Assembly: GCA_964291215.2 (NCBI GenBank)
Contig: OZ219791.1
Location: 704,001 to 768,000 of the forward strand
From: Alphaproteobacteria bacterium
Lineage (GTDB): Bacteria > Pseudomonadota > Alphaproteobacteria > MPNO01 > UBA830
Reading direction: 5' to 3'
Length of the DNA: 64,000 bases
Under the pieces are notes generated by a model. That model was not told where the DNA came from, searched no databases, and worked only from the letters and a program-made list of their open reading frames with translations. This document shows positions 33,574 to 42,578 of this stretch, in pieces (within the stretch, counting starts at the first letter, position 1; each line of letters starts with the position of its first letter). The position numbers and the translations under genes were made by a program.

Positions 33574-35117
33574 GTAACTGCTCACCCCCTGGTTCCGGCT
33601 TGATGTCGGGGTAGAGCAACGAACGGGTTTTCGTGGAGATTTGACACTGTAGGCCGATTCGTTTAGTGGTGGTAATCGAGAACGACGGGGACCGCCAGTG
33701 AGCTACTTTGGATCGAAGGCGACGAGCGGGCTGTGCCAGCTGCTTCCGGGGCTCCAGCCTCCGCATGATCTGTATGTGGAAACGCACCTCGGAAGCGGCG
33801 CGCTGATGAAGCGCAAGGCGGAGTACCGGAAGATGCCGCCGGGTGAGCGCCAGGCAATGCTCGCAACGATCATGACCGTCGAGGCCGGGTGATGGCGACG
33901 GGCGGCGCGCGAGGAGTTCGAAGCGGCCAAGACCGCGGCGCTGCCGGCAAGGTGCCGAAAGAGGCCGTGATCCGCGTCTTCGTCATCCTGCTCGACATCC
34001 TCATCGTCGTCCTTCTGGAGAAGACTACACGCAAAACGAGCCGGAACTCCGGTCTGCCGCCGTCACAGACGGACAAGAGCGCGAGGCATGCCGGGAGCAA
34101 CGGCAAGGGCCCGAAGCCGAACCGGCAGATGGGCGACAACCTGCGCAAGACCATCGTCGAGGAGACGGTCGCGGCCTGCGACGCCTGCGGCGCCGACGGC
34201 CCCGTCGATCGGGAGCGCCGCACGACATCGTGTTCGAGGTCGTGCTGCGTCGACGCCGAGGAATGCCCGAAGTGCAAGGCCCGGTTCCCCGACAACATCC
34301 CGTGCAGTACGGCATCCAAGCCCTCGTCCCTGCTGGTCGCCCAGATGCTGTCCCTGCGCCGTCGCGCTCGTGCAGGCGATCTCCGGCATCAAGCTCTCCG
34401 AGGCCTCGGCCATGCTTTCACGATGCGCCATGGGAGGAGGCCGCCGTGGCGCACCTCCTGCAACGCCCGATGTCGACGATTTCGGATCAACGGCAAGTGG
34501 CTCTATGTCGTCGGGACGTGCAAGTTCCCGCACCGCAAGCGCGGGCAAGAGATCGGCCCGTGCTACAAGGGCGTCCTGGGCCTCGTACATGGCAGTGTAG
34601 CCACCAGTTGTGCGGCAGCCACCTGCTGCGCGAACTGACCTTTGTCGTCGAGGCTACCGCGCGACTGATGAAGAGCCTGCTCCGCGAGGTCTGCCACAAG
34701 ATCAACAAGAGCGCATCGAAGACCCTGAACGACGCCGGGCGCAAGCGCTACCGCACCATCAGGGCGCCAGGGAACTGCCCGACATTCCGACGAAAGGAAA
34801 ACGTGGAAGCAAGTCCGACGCGCACAACCTGCACGAACGTCTCGTGAAACACGAAAACCTGCGCTTCACAGACGACCCTGATGTCAGCTTCACCAACAAT
34901 GCCGGAGAACAGAAGATCAGGATGGCAAAGGTCAAGGTGTCCGGATGCTTCCGCTCCACGCAAAAGCATGGTGCCGGGGCTCAAGCTACCCCACCTCCAT
35001 GGCCGCACTCGGCTACAACCCACTCGTCGCCACCCAGATCGCCCTCGACGGAAAAGCCGCAGACATCATCAACGAGCACCACGACCAATCAGAACCCAAC
35101 TAGGGGTGAGTAGATAC
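33574..35117 (+). mobile_element. IS66-family element B, inner copy
   Basis: Ends GTAACTGCTCACCCC and GGGGTGAGTAGATAC; 8-bp TSD CCCAAAAG at 33566-33573 and 35118-35125; motifs CGSHLLREL, FTNNAGEQ and KVSGCFRS. Confidence 0.9.
33698..33892 (+). pseudogene. Dam/D12-class DNA adenine methyltransferase remnant carried in IS66-B (second remnant at ~36269..36422, minus strand)
   Basis: SYFGSKA..PPHDLYVETHLGSGALM resembles the YxGxK..YxEPFxGxG N-terminus of D12 MTases; the catalytic DPPY region is absent. Confidence 0.6.
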
Positions 35118-36879
35118 CCCAAAAGGACTTCACCGGGGACACAGACAACCTCACCGCTGCCCACTGAGCCAGCATCCGTGGCCAAACCAGCGCCTTGTCG
35201 TCAGGGGAGGAGCGAACAGCGCACGTCCGGTTCTGTGCGGGGGGACCGGGGTAACCCGGTTCCCTACCGCGATGGTTGTCTATGAAGCGCAGGTTTTCGT
35301 GTTTCACGAGACGTTCGTGCAGGTTGTGCGCGTCGGACTTGCGTCCACGTTTTCCTTTCGTCGGGATGTCGGGCAGTTCCCTGGCGCCCTGATGGTGCGG
35401 TAGCGCTTGTGCACGGCCCGGCGTCGTTCAGGGTCTTGGATGCGCTCTTGTTGATCTTGTGGCAGACTTCGCGGAGCAGGCTCTTCATCAGTCGCGCGGT
35501 AGCCTCGACGACAAAGGTCAGTTCGCGCAGCAGGTGGCTACCGCACAGCTGGTGGCTACACTGGCCCATGTACGAGGCCCAGGACGCCCTTGTAGCACGG
35601 GATGATGCCGATCTCTTGCCTCCCGGCCGCGCTTGCGGTGCGGGAACTTGCACGTCAGGGTCCCACGACATGGAGCCACTTGCTATTGATCCGAAATCGT
35701 CGACATCGGGCGTTGCAGGAGGTGCGCCACGGTGGCCTCCTCCCATGACGCATCGTGAAAGCATAGCCGAGGCCTCGGAGAGCTTGATGCCGGAGATCGC
35801 CTGCACGAGCGGCACGGCGCAGAGACAGCATCTGGGCGACCAGCAGGGACGAGGGCCTGGATGCCGTACTGCACGGGATGTTGTCGGGGAACCGGCCTTT
35901 GCACTTCGGGCATTCCTCGGCGTCGACGCGGCACGACCTCGAACACGATGTCGTGCGGCGCTCCCGATCGACGCCGTCGATGTCGGCGCCGCAGGCGTCG
36001 CAGGCCGCGACCGTCTCCTCGACGATGGTCTTGCGCAGGTTGTCGCCCATCTGCTGGTTCGGCTTCGGGCCGTTGCTCCCGGCACGCTCTTGTCCGTCTG
36101 TGACGGCGGCAGACCGGAGTTCCGGCTCGTGCGTGGTCTTCTCCAGAAGGACGACGATGAGGATGTCGAGCAGGATGACGAAGATGCGGATCACGGCCTC
36201 TTTCGGCACCTTGCCGGCAGCGCCGCGGTCTTGGCCGCTTCGAACTCCTCGCGCGCCGCCCGTCGCCATCACCCGGCCTCGACGGTCATGATCGTCGCGA
36301 GCATCGCCAGGCGCTCGCCCGGCGGCATCTTCCGGTACTCCGCCGCCCGGCCTTGCGCTTCATCAGCGCGCCGCCTCCGATGGCACAGCCCGCTCGTCGC
36401 CTTCGATCCAAAGTAGCTCACTGCCGGTCCCCGTCGTTCTCGATAACCACCACTAAACGAATCGGCCTGCAGTGTCAAATCTCCACGAAAACCCGTTCGT
36501 TGCTCTACCCCGACATCAAGCCGGAACCAAGGGGTGAGCAGTTACGAGATTTTTTTGCAATTTTCGCTGACGTTCTTGCACGGAAGTTGTCATGGTGCGG
36601 GGATGTCGGTTCGCAAGAACATCGCTTCCTGTCCGATTCACGTGGCAGCTCCGGAAGGGTCTGTCCGTGCATCCATGTTGCTTGGCAAGGTTTTTGCGGG
36701 TGTCCGCGGTGATGTTTTCTGTGGTTGTCCACAAGCGGTGTGGGGTTCCGCCTTGCCCTGCGAGCGAGGCGACATGAAGCTTGTGCTCCCGGCGGCGGGT
36801 TGCCGTCCATTGGTCACGTGACCGGTGAGCGCGGCTACCTTGCCGTCCAGCGTCCCCGGGCATGGTAACGTGACAGTCC

Positions 36880-37142
36880 GGGTTCCAGGTGTCCCGTCCA
36901 CAAGGCGGTTCGATCTCCTCGATGTCGGCCTCGACGATGATCTGCAGACATTCTCCCCAAGCCGTGTCGTAGAGGGAGACTGTTGAGACAGTCCCGATAG
37001 TGCTCCTGCACCGCACCGAGCCACCGCATCGCACCAGCGTTGCGCACGGGAATGACGGTCGCAGGGCTTTCGGTGGTGGGAGATGAGGGGCCTTGCGGCG
37101 TTCCCGATCGCGGCGCTGCTTCTCGGCAGGGGTGAGGGCCAT
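36880..37142 (-). pseudogene. small hypothetical protein remnant
   Basis: MALTPAEKQRRDRERRK..LQIIVEADIEEIEPPCGRD with an apparent internal frameshift; function unknown. Confidence 0.4.
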
Positions 37143-37163
37143 GAGGGTGTCTCCTTCGCTCAC

Positions 37164-38145
37164 TCACCGTGCCGGTGCTTCAGGCGCCCAGCAACGCTGC
37201 TGTCGCAGCAAGGTGTTCGCCAGCACGTTGCGCATCACGGCGACGATCGCAACCTTGTGGGCCTTGCCGGCGGTCTTGAGGCGCTCGAACACCAGGTCCG
37301 CGTTGAAGCGTGCCGCCGAGGTTGCGGCCATGAACAGGAGATCACGTGGCCTTCGGCGCCCGCCACGGATGTGCCGAGCACCGTGGTGCTGGCCGCTGTC
37401 GTTGGCCATCGGCGCCACCTCGATCAAGGCTGCCGCCTGCCGACGCTGCCGAGTTCGGGCATCCAGCAAAGAAGGGCTGCGGCGGTCACCGGACCGAGGT
37501 CAGGATGGCGTAGCTCTGCTCGGGATCACCGGCGATCACCGCTTTGATCGCCGCGCCGGCGGTCATCGAGATCGGCCGCCGAGGCCCTTGTGACGGTCTC
37601 GCCATCCACCTCATCTGCCACGCGTCGACAAGCGCGGCACCAGGAGATCCTCCAGGCTCTTGAGGAAGGCGGAGCCACAGGCTCAAGATCGCCCAGCCGA
37701 TCTTGGCGTCGACGCGGTTGGCGCCTCGGCGAAGCGCCCGCAACGGGTTGACGAGAATAACCTCGAAGCCCCGGTCATGAAGACACTGGTGAACCTTGCG
37801 GTGATAGCGGCCTGTCGCCCACCACCCGGCTCACCCCGAGGCCGCGAAGCCACCTGCTCAGCGCCCGCCAGCTCGTGGCGTCGTTCGCAAAACAATGCGC
37901 CAGATGTCCAGACTGGCCTTGCTGACCCCTGCTACTACCTTGATCATCGTCCCTCTTGCTCTTCGCCTTACGATGATACGGGTTCAAACCCAAGCATCCA
38001 TTCAGGACGCGAGGGACGTCAAGGGAAGTTGGCCGACCAAACTCGGACGCGGCTCTGTCAAGGTCGAAACGGCAACCTCCGCGGAGATCGTTTGATCCCC
38101 GCTCCCCTGTGCGTGTTCGTTCAGGGGAGCGGAATCTCTCTGTAA
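37164..38145 (-). mobile_element. IS110-family element remnant with a non-coding left end
   Basis: Start at 37947 reads MIKVVAGVSKASLDI; C-terminal VAPMANDSG..RHIRGGR..LFMAATSAARFN..KAHKVAIVAVMR. Confidence 0.78.
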
Positions 38146-38236
38146 CCATAGACCGGACGCTCTCCCACAGTCGGAGTTGTCCACATTTTCCCGCCCCCAA
38201 CCGCTGTGGATGATTGCATCATCAAAGGGACAAAAC

Positions 38237-40675
38237 CTAGTGTTATGTCAGCAATGATATGTCGTACATTTGGTGCTAGACTGTCCGTCCATTCGGGATG
38301 GAGGTCGGAGTATGAAACGCTACGTGGTGACCCTGGACTAGTAGTCTGACATTATTGTATTAATGGATATAGAGACTTCAGTTTCGTCCGGGTATCCTTC
38401 GTCGTGAAACGCCAGTCGACAGTGACATCGGCCGCATTGCGGCGCTCGACCCACGCCACGGTCTCCCGCAGCATGGTGTCGCGGTCGGGGATGCGTTGCC
38501 GAAGGCACTGCCGCGACAGCGCACCGATCTCGATTTCGGCCATGTTGAGCCAGCTTCCGTGCTTCGGCGTGTAGCGAAACTCGAACCGCTTTCGTACCCG
38601 CCTCGCCTCCTCGGGCTCGAAGGCTTCATACAGTGACTGTGCGTGTTCAGATTATCCATGACCAGCACGATCTTCCTGTCGGGGAAATGGTCGTTGGCAA
38701 GCTCCCGGATGAAGTGCGCCCAGTCCCGCGGCGGTCGGTGACTTTCACCGTGCGCCAGTTCTCGTTGGGCGCAAAGGCCATGAAGAGGTTGGCCGTACCG
38801 TTGCGCTCATATTCATAGTCGACCACCTCCGGCTGACCGGGGGATGCGGGTTTCCTGCTGCCGGCTGGTTTCGCACACCAGCACCTCGTCCCCGGCAAAC
38901 TCCCGCTGATAAATGTCAAGCACATCCTCCATCGCCGCCACGAACTGTGCGCTCCGGTGCGGTGGAATGCACCAGTACTGCTTCAGCCACGGCTTGATCT
39001 CTTTTTTTTAGCGTCTTCCTGACCGTCTCTTCTGAAATGCGCTCGACAATCTCCATCTCCACCAGACGGCCGGCAAGCAGCTTCAGCGTCCAGCGCGCAC
39101 AGCCCTCGGGCGGGGACGAACAGGCCAGGGCGATCAGCTTCGCCTCCATCGCCCCGTCCAGCCGTTTTGGCCGGCGGTTCACCTGCTCCTTGCGGCTGAG
39201 GGCGGCGTCCAGCCCCTCCAGGACGCAGCGCTTGCGCAAACGCTCAATCGTCGCCGTGCCGATGCCCAGCCCTTGCGCAATGTCGGCATCGACAAGCCGA
39301 GCGCCGTCGCGCCCCTCGTCGGCCAGCATCAGGACCTGTGCCCGGCGCCGACGCCAGGCGGCCCCGGTGCCGTCGACGATCGCCTTCAAATCCTGGCGCT
39401 CCTGCGCCGAAAGGGTCACGCGGTAGAGCTTCCTGCCCCGAGAGTTGGCCATATACGTTGCTCCTGTCATTGCGCCGCTCCCGTTGTCCGGACCTGCACA
39501 TGGGGCTGCGGCTGCCTGCCTGTTCGGTATCTTGCCCGTGTGGATATCGGCACTGTCCGGATTCCAACAGATGCCGACACAGGAATACTACCCACCAAAA
39601 ACCATCAATACAATGCCGGTGGACTACTAGGCGGAACGGAAAGAACTTTCGGAGATCACGACCAAGGGCTCGCATCTGTCGCAAAAGGTAATCAACGCCC
39701 TGCTCAACTGCGACGAGGGCGCGTTCAATGAATGCCAGATGACCGGGAAGGTCATTGCCAAGATTCTGCGCATCAGCATGCGCAAAGTAGACCGGGTGAA
39801 AAAGCGTTTCGTTGAAGAGGGGTTGGGGGCGGCATTGGGTGGCCGGCAAGGACGCCGTCCTACCTACATGCGAAAAGCCGACGGCACCTTCGAGGCGCGC
39901 TTGGTGGCCCTGAGTTGTGGTGAACCGCCCGAGGGTCACGCGCAATGGTCGTTGCGGCTGCTGGCCGACCGCGTTGTCGAGCTTGGTTACACCGTGTCAC
40001 ACGAGACGGTGCGGCGTGTTCTAAAAAAAACTGCCTCAAGCCATGGCAGCGGGTGGGTGATTCCTCCTCAAGGGAACGCCGACTTCGCCGCAGCGAAGGT
40101 GCTCGATGTCTATCGCCGCCCCGCCGCCTTCCCCGTGGTCTGCATGGACGAAACGCCCCGACCGGCGAGACACGGCAACCGATCGCCATGGCGCCGGGAC
40201 GGCCAGCGCGTAACGACTACGAGTATCGACGTTGCGGCACCTGCAACGTCTTCACGGAACCCCTGGCCGGCAAGCGCATGACCAAGGTAACCGAGCGCAA
40301 GATCGACTGGGCGCAGTTCCTGGCCGACATCGCCGAGCGCTACCAGGATGCTACCACCATCACCCTGGTGATGGACAATCTCAACACTCCCCGGCGCCCT
40401 CTACGAGGCCTACCCGCCGGACGAGGCCTTGTGGGACCGCTTCGAGTTCGTCTACACCCCCAAGCACGGCAGTTGGCTGAACGTGGTCGAACTCAACGTC
40501 ATGATCCGCCAGTGCCTGAACCGCCGCATCGACTTCATCGAGGTGCTACGCCGGGAAGTCGCCGCCTGGCAGGCGACCGCATCCAGGCCAAGGTGGATTG
40601 GCAGTTCACCACCGACGATGCCCGCGTGAAACTCAAACGCCTTTATCCAACATTTGACGAATGACAAGACACTAG
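38237..40675 (+). mobile_element. IS630-family element A, copy 2, interrupted by IS630-B
   Basis: Same ends as copy 1 (CTAGTGTTATGTCAGC..GACAAGACACTAG) and near-identical body from 39631. Confidence 0.88.
38338..39630 (-). mobile_element. IS630-family element B
   Basis: Imperfect IRs starting CTAGTAGTC on both ends, CTAG duplicated; ORFs with WTLKLLAG, DYEYERNGTANLF, VMDNLNTH, AEIEIG; A8 frameshift tract near 39005. Confidence 0.88.
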
Positions 40676-40721
40676 TCATATAAGGGTCTCTTGGCACCTC
40701 ATGGTCTGGCCCGGAAGCAGA

Positions 40722-41204
40722 TCAGCTTTGCGTAAGTCGGGTCAATCCGCTCACTATGGTGGACAATAGTAACTTTTGAACGAAAGGTGTCCGAAGTAGA
40801 TATCCAATCACTGCACCGGAGATTACACTCAAACCAATCCCTATCGCCACAGGAGTCAATGGATCCACAAACGATAGGCTATCACTTATAGCGTAGAACC
40901 AAGCAATCGGCATCGCTAAACCGATGAGCACATGCACAGCTCGCACGGTTCGCTTAACAAGAAGAGCTAGTCTGCGAATCCTTTTTTCTGTTTCAGCTAA
41001 GTGCGAGAACAAAACGGTTTGTCCTAATGCGGGCCGCGCCACGAAAACGGTTATGTCGCCGTCCAATTGTATCGTGGACTGAATTGCGATGGAGCCCGGC
41101 GCCTCCGCGGATTCAATGACCAAGCCTCCGCGGCAAAGCAGAGCAGCCAAATCCGCGAAGACCGAACACTCTTTTCGCAGATTCGATTCTATGTCTGTTG
41201 TCAC
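40722..41204 (-). CDS. hypothetical membrane protein, paralog C of a three-gene operon
   Basis: 160 aa; QSTIQLDGDI..SH motif shared with its neighbours, followed by two hydrophobic segments. Confidence 0.75.
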   Translation of the reverse strand: MTTDIESNLRKECSVFADLAALLCRGGLVIESAEAPGSIAIQSTIQLDGDITVFVARPALGQTVLFSHLAETEKRIRRLALLVKRTVRAVHVLIGLAMPIAWFYAISDSLSFVDPLTPVAIGIGLSVISGAVIGYLLRTPFVQKLLLSTIVSGLTRLTQS

Positions 41205-41222
41205 GAGCGTCCTAGTGCACTA

Positions 41223-42002
41223 TTACCGCCGAGCGATCAGCCTCGCGAACGCGCCGGTCATTGATACAAGAGTCTCGGCAATCAGTTTCCACATGCGTGT
41301 TCCTGACACGATGCCTTCACGATGGAAATCGAGAAGGACAGCCATTTCTTTGGGCTCCAATCCACTTTGGATCCGATTGATCACGTCTCCCGACAAGGAC
41401 ACGGTGCTCTGCATAACTACTTCCTCCACTCCAATGTCCCAGATTTTGCGAAGGAGGGACATTTCATCAGGGTGAAGGTTTGGTTGGGGATGGCGCCCGA
41501 GAGTCGTCTCTCGATCAAGCAGTTCTCGACGGTTGCAACCTAGAAAATTGTCATTTGAGTTGCGACGCGAACGAGGTCGCTTTTTCAAATTCCTCAGCAA
41601 CCCACGAACTTGATCAGAATTGCGCCTGATCCTCTCGACGATAACTCGATCACGATCTTTGAGATCCAGATAATCTTCTAGGATACGGTAGGCAGCGCGG
41701 CGGAGACGCTGAAACGTATAATCATCGCATCTAAGGGTGCCCCGCTCCACCCTTTCTTGCTGCCAGTGTTGTACATGTACAATGTCTCCCTCTGGTGGAT
41801 TCTGTTCAACGAACGGTGTAGCAAGCGGGATTTTCAAGTCGACCTGCAGCTTGTCGGTGTAGGTCGCAGCAATATCGAGAATCGCATGTCCAGGCGGTGG
41901 CATCTTACGCGCCGTCATGCTGTGCTTAACGATTGTGTTGATCTCGAGCGTCGTTAGATCTCGGGCGGTCAGTTTCAAGCTCTCCCGGACACTCGTCATC
42001 AC
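41223..42002 (-). CDS. hypothetical protein, paralog B of a three-gene operon
   Basis: 259 aa intact ORF with GAGGG RBS; LTTLEINT and QSTVSLSGDV..FH motifs. Confidence 0.8.
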   Translation of the reverse strand: MMTSVRESLKLTARDLTTLEINTIVKHSMTARKMPPPGHAILDIAATYTDKLQVDLKIPLATPFVEQNPPEGDIVHVQHWQQERVERGTLRCDDYTFQRLRRAAYRILEDYLDLKDRDRVIVERIRRNSDQVRGLLRNLKKRPRSRRNSNDNFLGCNRRELLDRETTLGRHPQPNLHPDEMSLLRKIWDIGVEEVVMQSTVSLSGDVINRIQSGLEPKEMAVLLDFHREGIVSGTRMWKLIAETLVSMTGAFARLIARR

Positions 42003-42048
42003 ACTCGTTTCCCTCGCCTAGCCAACCCCGCCGGGTAGCCAACCGAAG

Positions 42049-42375
42049 CTACCCGATATTGCGCAACTGTTTTACAAGGTCGACGATGACTTCGACGTTG
42101 CCCTTAACGATTGCCTGGCCCTTCTCAACCTGGCTCGCGTGAAATCCCCGGATGGGATGCAGTTCCTCGTCCCTCAGGAAGGCCTCGTTGAACGAGTTGC
42201 TGATATCGCCTTGGACCAAGTCGATCTTCGTCTTGATCTCCTTTGGCTCGTTGCCGATTACCGTAGTGGTGATCTCGAGTGTCATGAGATTGACGGCGGC
42301 TTGCTTCAAGTGATCGAGGATTTCCTGCCATCCTCCACCAGCCGCGGTGCCGCCTACCTCTCCGTCGTTTGCCAT
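42049..42375 (-). CDS. hypothetical protein, paralog A of a three-gene operon
   Basis: 108 aa intact ORF with GAGGG RBS; LMTLEITT and KTKIDLVQGDI..FH motifs. Confidence 0.8.
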   Translation of the reverse strand: MANDGEVGGTAAGGGWQEILDHLKQAAVNLMTLEITTTVIGNEPKEIKTKIDLVQGDISNSFNEAFLRDEELHPIRGFHASQVEKGQAIVKGNVEVIVDLVKQLRNIG

Positions 42376-42578
42376 TCTTCTGCCCTCTTGCTTCGAACAC
42401 GATTATATTGAAACCTAGCGTGATGGTGCCGCTACTACAAGATGTAGCGTGCGTTTCCAGAGTCCACAAAGGATATGGTGGCAGCGACCGGCAGATCAAG
42501 AGGCCAAACGGCTAGATGCCCAGCATGGTCTGGGCCAGCCGACGGCAATCGACGAGAGGGAGAGGGGACGAGCGTTGA

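Larger units (their letters stand above)
32254..35273 (+). mobile_element. group II intron copy 2, directly tandem to copy 1 and interrupted by IS66-B
   Basis: GTGCGCCAGG begins immediately after the ..GCAAT end of copy 1; resumes at 35118 and ends CCCTACCGCGAT at 35273. Confidence 0.88.
29217..36545 (-). mobile_element. IS66-family element B, outer copy, hosting nested insertions
   Basis: Ends GTATCTACTCACCC (29217) and GGGGTGAGCAGTTAC (ends 36545); 8-bp TSD GAGATTTT at 29209-29216 and 36546-36553. Its pieces (30358-30578, 35274-36545) match the inner copy. Confidence 0.88.
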
